A stretch of DNA of 63,998 nt, the filler included, from Stramenopiles sp. TOSAG23-3 (Eukaryota): assembly GCA_900128585.1 (NCBI GenBank). It is 4 parts of 4 records of this genome, joined end to end, with 100 filler letters (N's around TTAATTAATTAA, not from the genome) between each part and the next. Parts side by side here need not be neighbours in the genome. Positions count along the whole stretch, not along the records: positions 16,598 to 33,036 come from LT642486.1; 3 more parts are not named here. One strand, given 5' to 3'. Position 1 is the first letter of the stretch, and every line of letters starts with the position of its first letter. A model generated the notes under the pieces. It was not told the origin of the DNA. It did no database searches and was given only the letters and a program-made list of their open reading frames with translations. Positions 21,017-32,100 of the stretch are shown one piece after another. A program made the position numbers and the translations under genes.

Positions 21017-23776
21017 ATGAAAACATTCTCCGTCGCTGCCATAAGTGGCAACGAGAAACACTATGGAACGTGTCAAAACTCCCCACGACATCTTGAGATT
21101 GGGAAACTATTCTCGAGTCCGCCCAATGCGCACGACACTCCTGAACCAAGTGTCCTCCTTCAGCCAGGAAAATGGGGGAACGAAGAAGGTTTATCGACAC
21201 CTTTCATGCAAACAATTGTCTATGGAAAAGATTACCCAGTTTTCTTTTTCATCTTTGTTGCGACAGCAACGATAATGTACAAGTTTATCTTCCAAACGAA
21301 GGTATCGAGCAATGCGAAAAAAGTGTACGCTGAGAAAAGAAAAATTATTATCAGCGCGATGAACACTGCACTAAATTGGAAACAAAGCGCAGTACAATTA
21401 CGAAATACGAAAGTGAAGGAAATCGAAGAAAAAATTGAACGAAACGATATCGCGAAGAACTGCAAGGTGGTGAAGACCGACAAAATGGAAAATGTCGACC
21501 CCGATAACGAATTGAAAAAGTCCCGAGAGCAGATTGAGTATGAGCTGCAGGAGCAAATACCTGCACCCGAAAAAATATACGAGTTACTGTTCTGCGAGAA
21601 TGAACGTTATTCTTCCAAACGTTTTGGAATACCCGATGAGAAAATGAAAAATGTGGAAGGGCTGCTTTTGGACAGTCTTTCTAAAACACTAACTTCTTAC
21701 GTGAAAAAAACTTTACAAGCCCGTAAGCCAAAACAGTACCCATTACTGTCGTGGCAGACGCATTCAGAAGTCCTTCCATTTCGCGACGGGCAAAGATTGA
21801 AAAGGTTAGTGCAACACACAGAGAAAGAAATAAGGAAAAATTACGGCAAACACGTCGTACCAAAGGACGCGCTGGAAAAAGCAAATGAAACGCTGAGGAA
21901 CATTGGTATTGAACGACGTCATGGTCGTAAATTGTTACTCTCCCTCTCAGCGCCTTCTTGGCCGTTCTTATTGTCAGCCGCTGCCATATATGCAGCAATA
22001 ACTTGGGCAAGGACGATTGCAAATTTCAAAAGGTCACAATCGTTGGACGCAATTAATTCAGCTGATGGTTTAAGCACTATTCAAGAAACAACGATTTCGT
22101 TGCTGGGATGGACACTTGTGACGGAATTAGGAAACATTTTACAGGATGCCCTTCGATCTCGTGGTGGACAGATGCTTGAGTTGCCGTTACGTACTGCTCT
22201 TACGCAAGGGGTATTGCGCCAAGACGTTGAATATTTTGACAGGATGAAAGTCGAGACGTTGATCACCTCGGCGACGGCAGACGCAGGTCGGTTTTCATAC
22301 GCCACCACCTGGCTACCCATTCATTTAACTGCTGTCGTCGTCACAATAATTAAGGCAGCTTTGTTGATTTACGAAGCTGCCCCAGACCTGTTTTTGGTTA
22401 CGGTAGGACCATCGATCGGGTTAGCATGCTTGCATTATTTCATTTGTGTAGGCATGGGCAATTCTTGGAGACGAAGGGAAAATTTAAGAAGAATGTCAAT
22501 TGAAAAAACGAGAGAATTGGTGACAAAGATACGAACGGTAAGAGAATTTGCGATGGAAATTGAAGAAAGTGAAAAGCGATCCGTGCTGGATGCGTATTCA
22601 GCAGAAGTGGAAAGTAGCGTTCACCGCAAGGAGTCGACTGTATGGTCTTTCTTTCATGTTTTCCATTGCATTCAGGTGTCACTAGTGATGTATTTTGGAT
22701 CAAAGTTACTGGCACAAGGAGCAATACGTATTGGAACATTTATTGCCATTTCTCATTCAGTCGATCGAATAACTTGGTCCCTCCGGGATCTAATGGGACG
22801 AGCCCCAGATCTATTCAAAGCGCTCGAGCCAGCAGATAGGTTGTGCGACATCCTAACAGCATATGGTTCTATCGAAGGCGATCCATTTGGAAACAGGCCC
22901 AAGGCAGATAAGGATAGTGCAACAGAAGTCAAAAGATGTGGCTGGAGAAAACCGTCGATGCTTGAAGGTAAAATCGAATTCAAAAATGTTCATTTTTCGT
23001 ACCCGAGCGATGTTCGTAAAAAAATACTGAAAGGCCTCTCGTTTGCCACAAATCCAAACCCCAAAGCAGGATGCAGACGTGTACGTTCGATAGCATTTGT
23101 TGGTGAAACAGGATGCGGAAAATCGACTGCAATCAGTCTACTGAAAAAATTTTACGTTCAAAGCAGCGGCGACATCTTGCTGGATGGGCACCCCCTGTCT
23201 GAGTACGAGCCTCGATATTTGAGAAAAAAGTTAGCGATCGTTGCACAAACAACGGAGCTCTTGAAAAAAACGTTGAGGGAAAATATCGTGTATGGTATGT
23301 CGAGTTCCCCGCCCGATTCAGAGATCATTATTGCATGCAAAAAAGCATCTATATGGAAAGATATCGAAGAAATGCCGGATAAACTGGACACAGTTTACGA
23401 CGATAATCTGTCCGGCGGTCAAAAACAAAGATTGAGCATAGCACGCGCGCTAATTCGTAGCCCAGACATTTTACTGTTGGACGAGGCGACTTCGGCTTTG
23501 GATGCCGTAAATGAACGCGTTGTCCAGAGCGCTATCAACAAAATGATGAACGATCGCGGAAAAGGTTGCTCGATTACGATTGCGCACAGGCTGAGCACAA
23601 TCCGTCAATCGGATTTAATCATTGTCATGGACAAGGGAAAAAAAGTCGAAGAAGGCACGCACGACGAGTTAATGAAGATTGAAGTGATCAAATCAAACAG
23701 CGGAAGTGTTTTGGCTGGCTGGTACAGAAACTTGTGGGACACCCAACAAGGAAATGATATTGAAAGCGAGAATTGA
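21017..23776 (+). CDS. ABCB-type half transporter (TAP/MDL-like) with long N-terminal extension
   Basis: LRQDVEYFD, IRTVREF, Walker [30 protein letters not shown] and IAHRLST. Confidence 0.93.
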   Translation: MKTFSVAAISGNEKHYGTCQNSPRHLEIGKLFSSPPNAHDTPEPSVLLQPGKWGNEEGLSTPFMQTIVYGKDYPVFFFIFVATATIMYKFIFQTKVSSNAKKVYAEKRKIIISAMNTALNWKQSAVQLRNTKVKEIEEKIERNDIAKNCKVVKTDKMENVDPDNELKKSREQIEYELQEQIPAPEKIYELLFCENERYSSKRFGIPDEKMKNVEGLLLDSLSKTLTSYVKKTLQARKPKQYPLLSWQTHSEVLPFRDGQRLKRLVQHTEKEIRKNYGKHVVPKDALEKANETLRNIGIERRHGRKLLLSLSAPSWPFLLSAAAIYAAITWARTIANFKRSQSLDAINSADGLSTIQETTISLLGWTLVTELGNILQDALRSRGGQMLELPLRTALTQGVLRQDVEYFDRMKVETLITSATADAGRFSYATTWLPIHLTAVVVTIIKAALLIYEAAPDLFLVTVGPSIGLACLHYFICVGMGNSWRRRENLRRMSIEKTRELVTKIRTVREFAMEIEESEKRSVLDAYSAEVESSVHRKESTVWSFFHVFHCIQVSLVMYFGSKLLAQGAIRIGTFIAISHSVDRITWSLRDLMGRAPDLFKALEPADRLCDILTAYGSIEGDPFGNRPKADKDSATEVKRCGWRKPSMLEGKIEFKNVHFSYPSDVRKKILKGLSFATNPNPKAGCRRVRSIAFVGETGCGKSTAISLLKKFYVQSSGDILLDGHPLSEYEPRYLRKKLAIVAQTTELLKKTLRENIVYGMSSSPPDSEIIIACKKASIWKDIEEMPDKLDTVYDDNLSGGQKQRLSIARALIRSPDILLLDEATSALDAVNERVVQSAINKMMNDRGKGCSITIAHRLSTIRQSDLIIVMDKGKKVEEGTHDELMKIEVIKSNSGSVLAGWYRNLWDTQQGNDIESEN

Positions 23777-23867
23777 TTGATTCATTTACCACGGACAGTG
23801 CTCGCAGGCCTTAAAAGTTGGCGTTTCTTAAAACGTGATCGTTTTAATAATATAGTGTTTCGTGTAA

Positions 23868-24546
23868 TTATTTGACATTTTTACGACTTGGCGAGTTGAA
23901 GATAATACTCTTTGCAGGAGCATTAATTTTCTGCATCTTTTCCTCCAGCAATCTCCAAATTACAGGACTTCTATGAGCAAACGAGGAAATTTTTTTCCCC
24001 TTATACAATTTTCCGGACAATATCAGTTTGATTCCTTCCTGCTTTAGCAACAGTTGCACGATATTCGTGTGATGTGCCGTTACGGCAAAATACAGGGGTG
24101 TGAAGCCATTATTGTTTCCTTTGTTCACTTGGATTCCGTCTTGATTTAAAAGCAGTTTCACGATATCGGTTTTCCCGTTAGACGCTGCATTAATCAAAGC
24201 AGTATCCCCAGACACCCCCCCCCCTCTGGTTTACATCTATGCCCCTCATTTCCAGCAGAATGTTTACATCATCAAACTGACCCTGCCAGGACGCTAAAAG
24301 TAGCGGAGACATGGAATTCCATTCGTATTGCTTTGCAGTTTTCGCGCGGAGCAAGGGGCGTGCGAAGCAATCTTTATATTTCTTCCCAACAGCTTGAAAC
24401 GCGACCATGGTTTTTGCATCTTCACAATTTTCCAAAAATGAAAATAACATGTGCGTAAATGATGACAATTCAAGGCCCCCAGCCGAGTGATATACGTCAA
24501 ATATACTCACGAAGTATTTTTTATTTTGTTTCTCTACCCGAGCCAT
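23868..24546 (-). CDS. Ankyrin-repeat protein, frameshifted in a G10 run
   Basis: SPLLLASWQGQFDDVNILLEMRGIDVN in one frame, then GDTALINAASNGKTDIVKLLL and GFTPLYFAV in the next. A G9 run at 24215-24224 would restore the frame. Confidence 0.85.
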
Positions 24547-25519
24547 CGTTTCCGTATCCAAATCGATCTCCTTGCCCCGTTTCACTTAGTTTATCAGTAA
24601 AGAATGGAGTGCTTGCGTGGTTGCGCAAACGACCTAAACAAATAAGAAGAGATCTTGCTTGTACCTATATATATATGCCTATAATTTGCGCGGCTTTTTT
24701 TTATACCGGAGGTTGAAACGTCTAAAATTGGATGATCACTTGACAATTTTATTCGATAATTTAATATCTATTTTTTGAAGTTATCAATCCAGAAGGATGG
24801 AATTCATTCAGGGCGTGGTGGCGGCGGCAGGGGGGGGCGGGGGAAGAATGATTGATTTTTTTTTGAGAAAAAAAATTTATAAAAATTTCTTCCTTCTTTC
24901 TTAATGCTGTGTATATGTATTTAAAAGGACACGCACATCCTGATGACTGACTTTATTAAACATCATCATTATTAGACTACGTACTCTTACTTCAACGAGG
25001 ATTAAGAATTTTCTTTTTGCTTCTTTATTATATTTTAAAGCTTATTAGTTCTACGTAGTGCTTTTCATGATACGGCCGTTCCATCCCATTGTATACGCCT
25101 CGTAATTAATACAAATAAGACACGCACATTTAATTTATTACATCATAGTTAAATTATAATAATTTAAATATTATAATACAGCGCAATAGTATAATAATAC
25201 GAAGTACTTTTTCATAATAAAAATTGCTTCTTCGTTCGTTCTTCTTCTTCTTCAACAAAAAACAAAAAACAACTCTCCTCCTCCTCTGCCGGCCGCTGAA
25301 CAACTGAAGAAGAAGAGTTTGTTGTATTATTTAATGATGGTATTCAATAAGATTTGATTCATATATTCGTAGATATGTATATAAATAATTAAAGAGAGAA
25401 CAATAAGCGATAGGCAATTTAGAGCCAGTAAACATTCAAACGAGAAACCCCCCTCCTTGATTAAAAAAGACAACCTTTCTCCTGACGCGAACTTACAACA
25501 CAAACAGATCCAACAGACA

Positions 25520-26878
25520 ATGCTCGAGCAGAAAGACTATCGGAGGAACAAGTTTGTGCGGAAGAAGGCAAATAGGATCGATGGGGGGAAGGCGAAAAGA
25601 AACAGTCGCACGGGGGGCAAAGCGAAAGCACATACGCAAAAAAAGAGCATTGGTAGTGCGAAGAAAGTGTTAGGGCAGTCGCGAAAAGGGAAGCATCGAT
25701 TGGTTAATGAAAAAGCAAAGTGCCACGTGAAACGTATAGGTGCTTGGGTGAAGATTGATGATTACGAGCATGCAAGACGGAAAGAGTACTTTTCACGACG
25801 CCGCGAAAGGAAACTTGCCAAAGACCGTCAGCGCGAGGAAGAGGAGGAATTAAGGGGGAACCTATTCGGGGGATCCCAACTTTTCCCCCACCAAGTTGTC
25901 GACATTCTTACGGCCTCGCCGCCTGTTACCCAGGAACGTTTCTGCACAAATCAATGGAGTGTTATGCGAAAGGCGCTGCTTACGAGGGTTGGAGAGGGAA
26001 GAAACATTTTGCCTGTCGTGGATATGTCTTCAAGCATGGCAATAGCTCTGGGTACTCTTGCCTCTGAAATTACTGCTGATCACTTAAAGAATCGCATGTT
26101 GGTATACGGGAATAAAGGCGACCCACAAATGTTACAGTTGGACCCAAAAAGTACGATTTGTGAAAAGCTCAGGAAAATCGACCAACTGGAAGGGTGCCGC
26201 GTCCGAAGCGCAACACGGTATTCTGTCTACCAAATGTCGTCTCTGCCTCTCTACTTTCGCCTGACGTTAGAATGGATTTTTCAAGTCGTAAGGGACAGTA
26301 ATGTTCCGTTGAAAGACGTTCCCGACCTAGTCTACTTCGGCAACACCAGTAATGGGATGTCTCTTTACCGATCAAGTTTTTTGGAGTTCCAGAAAAAGAT
26401 GGCGCAGCTTGGCGAAAGTCGTTCGGGAGTTTCGTGTCAACCCCCGCGCATGTACTATTGGGATATTTCAGATGGTTGCGGTGACTCTTTCCGACGCGTA
26501 TATCAACCATTCAAAACCTTTTTTAATGAACCCCCGCGACCTGCACACTGTTGTAAAGGGGATTCGCATTTGCCCCAAACTACTGCCATGCCAAAGGTTG
26601 CAGTTCCAGACGCACAAAGTACAGCGCAAGACATAGAAGCAGCAGAAGGTACAGCCCAGGAGGAAGAAGCGGCAGAAGTTACATTGGAAGGGGACACGGC
26701 GAAGAAACCAGAAGAAACAGTTAAGGACGAAGCGCAAGAGGACGTGGCAACGATACCAGTAGAGGCACCGCAGGACGAAGCGCAGAGACCGCACCCGGAT
26801 GCGCAGACGTACATATATGAGCATGCCTACTTTTACGCAAAACAATTTTTGAATAAGCAGAAACCTGAACAAGTATAG
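25520..26878 (+). CDS. Protein with degenerate DUF2828-like (vWA-related) domain
   Basis: QLFPHQVV, NQW, NILPVVDMSSSM-AIALG.LASE and PRMYYWD follow the DUF2828 C-terminal motif order. Basic N-terminus and acidic tail. Confidence 0.65.
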   Translation: MLEQKDYRRNKFVRKKANRIDGGKAKRNSRTGGKAKAHTQKKSIGSAKKVLGQSRKGKHRLVNEKAKCHVKRIGAWVKIDDYEHARRKEYFSRRRERKLAKDRQREEEEELRGNLFGGSQLFPHQVVDILTASPPVTQERFCTNQWSVMRKALLTRVGEGRNILPVVDMSSSMAIALGTLASEITADHLKNRMLVYGNKGDPQMLQLDPKSTICEKLRKIDQLEGCRVRSATRYSVYQMSSLPLYFRLTLEWIFQVVRDSNVPLKDVPDLVYFGNTSNGMSLYRSSFLEFQKKMAQLGESRSGVSCQPPRMYYWDISDGCGDSFRRVYQPFKTFFNEPPRPAHCCKGDSHLPQTTAMPKVAVPDAQSTAQDIEAAEGTAQEEEAAEVTLEGDTAKKPEETVKDEAQEDVATIPVEAPQDEAQRPHPDAQTYIYEHAYFYAKQFLNKQKPEQV

Positions 26879-27118
26879 TGCAGGAAAGAAGGCAAAGAAG
26901 TGGCGGATTTACGTAATATATTTTAACGGCGCTGGGATTCGTCTCACAGAGGGCTAATAAATAATACGACGAATACGCGTTTATATGTTTCGTAAATACC
27001 TGGTATTGGTACATACAACCGTAGTACTTTGTTGTGCTCCAGTCTCTAATATAATTATTTAATATACGTAATTTAAGCTAAGTATTACAGAGACTATATA
27101 GCTAGTCTAGTATATAAC

Positions 27119-27299
27119 TGGAAGAAAAAGCGCTTCGGGCTTTGTGAAGAATATTTTGCACAACAAATGCATGACCTGGTTGAAGGGGCAGGTGCATTTG
27201 TGGCTTTACCAGAGAAAAAAAAGAGACTTTGTTCTATCATGCAATATTATGTGAAATTAATCAAGGTGTGACTTTACGTGGTGTAAAATTTGTGTCGTA
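27119..27299 (+). pseudogene. Degenerate ~180-bp duplicate of 28658-28845
   Basis: Near-identical to the 3' part of the downstream gene, with small deletions and substitutions. Confidence 0.92.
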
Positions 27300-27679
27300 A
27301 TAATAAAGCGCTTTTTTTTTTAGCTGGGCATCGATAATCGATAGATATTTTCTTTATTATTTTCTCCGTGATTATTAGATGATTGAGATTTGCCATGATG
27401 TGCTGCCTTGTTTAGTTATTTGAATGCTGTGATCCTTTTACGTGGATGATGATAGCGGTCCCACCGTCCCGCCCAACTCTCCTCCCTTTTATCATCTCTT
27501 TGTGTATTTCCGGTTACCGCGACACGAGCGACGTCTACCTGTCTGTTTGTGGTCAGTTGGTTAGCAATAAGCCACTTGAAACATAACATACAATCTGTTA
27601 CTGTACGGCGCAATGCACAAAAGTGGCGTTTCGTAAGACCAAGGAGTATTTTGCGGTAAAACCAAGACGCACGCAGTAA

Positions 27680-28948
27680 ATGTTGAAAAAAATTGAAAAT
27701 TTTAACTCGCCTGGAACGGTAGAGGCAAGTGACGAAGCGCGGACGTCAAGGTTTCGTCGCCCACCTCGAACCCGCCCAAATCTACAGGAACTTTGGGAAT
27801 CAATACTCGTAGAATCTAAGATAATTGTGAAATGGGAGAGCAATCAATACACAGCATTGGTTGAGGCAAAAAATCCACGTAAACAAATGCTGTCTGTCGT
27901 TTTCAACGATGGCTCTGTCTCGGATATACCTCTGGGTTCGGTTCTTGAGGTATTGCATACTCCAGAAAGGGAGCCCAGCCACCGTCAAAAAAAAAAACCA
28001 AGAACTGATACACTTCAGCACAACCTTAGCTCATCTTCTTCCTCTTGTTCCGAGTCTGCTTTATTGTCGTCCACAATATGCCCCTGCAAGCTAGAAGGGA
28101 TTGTAAAAGTTAAAGTTGAGCAAAAGGCTGAAGAAGATCAGTTAAGGTTGGTGAAGAAAAGCAAACGTTGCGAAAGGGTAAAAAGTGCCCAAACATTGAA
28201 GTGGGAGAAAACCCGCCGCCTATATCAAACAGACAAAAGTGGTACGGCCAGGTTTTGCTTCCGTCGCGGTTGTCACAAGCAGTGCATTACCACTGTCCTT
28301 GGCGGTTCTGGTATTGAACCGTGTGCAGTTCCGAGCGCCTCACATTATCCTTTCATAGAGGCAGGGGAAGTTTATATCGCTGGTAGAAATGATTTTAACC
28401 CCTGGGATGCAGCTTTTCCTGGAGATCATGGGCTAGTAGACGCGGACTTTTTTCATGGGATGCCACCAGATCAGAAAGAATTCCATTACTTTCGCCAATG
28501 CGAGAGAAGCCCGTGGAAAAGAGGGTATCATGGCAGAAGGGCTGCAGGCACATACTTGTATCTGGGAAAATACCAAATTGATGAAGAGACACCAGAGCAG
28601 ACTTTGAAGTATAAAGACCTACCCAGTAGTACACAAGATGCTTACGTTGAATATAAATGGAAGAAAAAGACCTTCGGGCTTTGTGAAGAATATTTTGATT
28701 TAGCACAACAAGTGTATGACCTGGTTGAAGGGGCAGGCGCATTTGTGGCTTTACCAGAGAAAAAAAAAGAGACTTTGTCCTATCATGCAATATTATGTGA
28801 AATTAATCAAGGTGTGACTTTACGTGGTGTAAAATTTGTGTCGTATGACGAAGCACTGTATGAACGACTTGTAGAAATCAGTGCAATAGCAAAAAATGGA
28901 ACCGCCCAAGTTGAAAGTGATGATGCTGAACTTGGGCCGCTTTATTAA
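27680..28948 (+). CDS. Hypothetical protein: Tudor-like N-terminal domain plus DUF6697-like C-terminal domain
   Basis: IIVKWESNQYTALV...LSVVFNDGSVSDI is Tudor-like. NPW...PGDHGL, YLYLGKY and FVSYDEALYERL are DUF6697-like. NLS-like KKKPR. Confidence 0.6.
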   Translation: MLKKIENFNSPGTVEASDEARTSRFRRPPRTRPNLQELWESILVESKIIVKWESNQYTALVEAKNPRKQMLSVVFNDGSVSDIPLGSVLEVLHTPEREPSHRQKKKPRTDTLQHNLSSSSSSCSESALLSSTICPCKLEGIVKVKVEQKAEEDQLRLVKKSKRCERVKSAQTLKWEKTRRLYQTDKSGTARFCFRRGCHKQCITTVLGGSGIEPCAVPSASHYPFIEAGEVYIAGRNDFNPWDAAFPGDHGLVDADFFHGMPPDQKEFHYFRQCERSPWKRGYHGRRAAGTYLYLGKYQIDEETPEQTLKYKDLPSSTQDAYVEYKWKKKTFGLCEEYFDLAQQVYDLVEGAGAFVALPEKKKETLSYHAILCEINQGVTLRGVKFVSYDEALYERLVEISAIAKNGTAQVESDDAELGPLY

Positions 28949-29196
28949 TGTGAGGGATCGAGTTTGAGGGTGAGTATTTTAGTCATTGATAAAAGTACGC
29001 GGTATAAACATTAACACACACACACAATTAAAACATTTAAGTCCAGATCTAATATCATAGCAGCCAATTTTTTGTTTTTAAGTCCAGATCACATGTATTT
29101 TGTTTTAAGAGTTACATATCATTAAAATATTGACAAGATAAACACTTCAGTTCAAAAATACTGATTACTGAAAAAGCATGTTTTATAATAAATACT

Positions 29197-32100
29197 TCAG
29201 TTTGAAGAAGAGGACTTGCCCGATTTTCTAAGGTCGGTTTCTAGACCCGCGGTGGCGTTCAAGACACCCCCAACAAAATTCATTTGGACCTGCTTTAGTT
29301 TGACAATTTCGCCTTTTGCATCATGTAATTCTTTCATTAGTCTGGAACCAACGTTTTTGCTTGCATCCAGCTGCTTGTCTTTCTCGGTCAGTAGTTTGTA
29401 GACCTCTTGGACTGCAGCGGACTTTTCCGATTCATGTCGTGCCTTGTCGTCCATTTCATCGAGCTGTCGACGCGTCGATTTCATGAGTTCTTGACTTCGA
29501 TGAAGGAGCCGCCCCATAGACTCTATTTTTTCTTCTTTCTCTAACAAACCCTTTCTTAAAATCTTGCACTCCAACTCTAGTGTACTTGTAGAGCGCAAGT
29601 TATTGTTCAGCCTGCCCGTCACATTGGTCACTTCTCTTTCAAGGCCATCGCACTTCTTGGTAAGCCCGGAGACGACATGCGTGCGTTCCGTACGCATTGC
29701 AGAACACTCCCCGCTAAGTGATTGCAGGGATGCCTTCAGGCTTTTTGCTGCGCTCATGATACTCAGTTTTTCTTGCGTTGCTTGTGCAACGACCGCTTTC
29801 ATTTCGGACAATTCCCTGTTGATCAATTCAGCACCAACCCTATGATCCTCTAGCACAGCCCGCTTTTCGTTCAGCACGCGACGAGATTGCACTGCCAAAG
29901 CAGTCTGGACACTTGCATGTGTTTTCCATGCATTGAACCTTTTGCGCGAAACTCGATCGAAATGACGAGGTAAAATCCCACAAATTGTAGATATGGCCTG
30001 GTTCTTTGCCGCCCTTTCGGCATCTGCAACGCGCATACCAAGCATTTGATTACTGTCCTCGTACCGTTGCCTTTCTCTAGTTGCCAGCGAATTGTTTTCT
30101 TCCCGGACGCGGATAAGCTCTTCATGATGGCGGCGCTTCAGGTCGTCCAGTGCACTAAGAGCTTCGTCGTATTTGTTCTGCAAAAATTCTGCGACAGTTT
30201 TTTCTTTTGCCAGGTGCTTGACGAGAAGAGCAGTTTCATCTTTGCAAGATTGCAAGCTTTCTAACGCCTCCCGTTTTTCTGATTCGATTGCATGCAACCT
30301 ATCGCCCATCTGCTCGGATTTCTGCTTGTGTGCTTCAGACTCTCTGCTCACTTCAGATATGCGCTTCGTGCACGCTTCCATGTCAGTTTTTGCTGTAGAT
30401 ACAGCGTTTTTCATCTTTGCGTTATTTTCGTTTGTCGACTTCAATTCTGCTTCAAGATTTGTAATAATCTCAAGATGTTTCTCCCCCTGACGAATATATT
30501 TCTCTCTCTCCGCAGCAATTTTCGTCCCCAAGTTTTGCAGATCTTGTGACATCTTTCGTTCCTTCAATTCAAACTTAGAAGAAAGTTCTAAATTTCGGTT
30601 GCGCTGCAACGCGGCTTCCTCCACGGTTTCTCGTATTTGAGTCCTCAACTTAATAACTTCCTCTTCGTGATTGGCACCTGCCTTTGTGAACGCGTCCTCG
30701 CTTGCCTGCTTGTTTTCTTCCAGCCTACGTGCCAATTCATGGTATTCTTCTCTTTTTTTCCGAAGTTCTTCGGCACTGTCCCCCAGTTGTTTCCTTTCCC
30801 GGTCCAAATCTTTCTGAAGGTAATTCCGTTCAGCTTGAAGTTGGGCCAACTTTTGACGGACTGCCGCAAGCGTTTCGTCGCTTGAAGCTTTTAATTGTTC
30901 GCACGAAGAAACTTTGGTTGCCATGTTCACGAGCTCCAATTTAGAAGCTGCAAGGCGCCTTTCAAGAGCGCCAATTGTCAAAGAATGTTGCTGCACATTG
31001 CGTTTTTCATTGTTCAAGGCTTCTTTTATCTGTGTTTCGGTCTCGCGACAAAGTTGCTGGGCTGATTTAATGCTCTCGTTAGCTTCGTTTTGAACGGCAG
31101 CGAGCTTGATGTCGAACGCAGCTTTCAAATTGACCGTTTCCTGAGCATGCTCAGACTGTACTGAGAGCATTTTGTATTCAGCTTGGGAACGAAGCTCAGT
31201 TAAAGACTGATCCAGATCCCTTAGCTTTGCAGTTGCCAGCGAAAGTTGGATGTTAGATGCTTCTTTCATTGCTGCCAGTTGTTTTTCATATTCAAACCCC
31301 TTTTCTGCCATTCTAGCTTTAAACTCTGCCTCCATGGTAACAACTTTGCTCATAGATTTCGACAATTGTGACTCTGATTCAACCTTCAGTTTTAGATTGC
31401 TCTCATTCAGAGCTCTGATTTGATCTTCTTTTGCACTTACAGTTGCTTTAAGGATAATGTTTGATTCCTGCAACTGCTTTACTTCGGAAGTTAAACTTTC
31501 AATCATATGCATTTGGTTAGATTCTTTGACTTCATGCGACCTTACAGCATGAACTAAATCCTCATTCTTGGCAGAAACAGTCTCATATTTTGATTTGAAG
31601 TTCTGCAAAGATGCTTCATCAGATGCATTCTGAGACTTCAAAATGTCCCTTTCGTATTTCAAACTTGAAATGTTTTCCGATAGCCGCAGCTGCTTTTCAT
31701 TCGCAACTTCTTTCAAATGTTGAATTTCAGCTTTGTGATGGGATTGGTGCTTCTGAAGGTTTTGGAGACCTAGCGCCGCTTCTTGTTTAATTTTTAACTT
31801 TAATTTTTTTAACACTTCTGTGTGTGATTCAGAAAGTTCTACGAAGGCTTGTTTCTTAACTGCTTTCCCCCAAATTCGAAATGCATTCAGCTGGTTGATT
31901 TTGGTGGCCCGAAACAAAATAGGGGCTAGTGTGTTTCTCTGTAATTTTTTGTGTGTGGACCTGCTGGCGCTCCACTGAGACCATTTTACGAATATTTTCG
32001 CTCTAAAGGAAGTCGATTTTCTTTGCGACAACAAGAGCCCAGCACGCAATTTCGTATTACTCAGTGCTTGGGACATGAGATTCAAACGTTTCTGTTGTTC

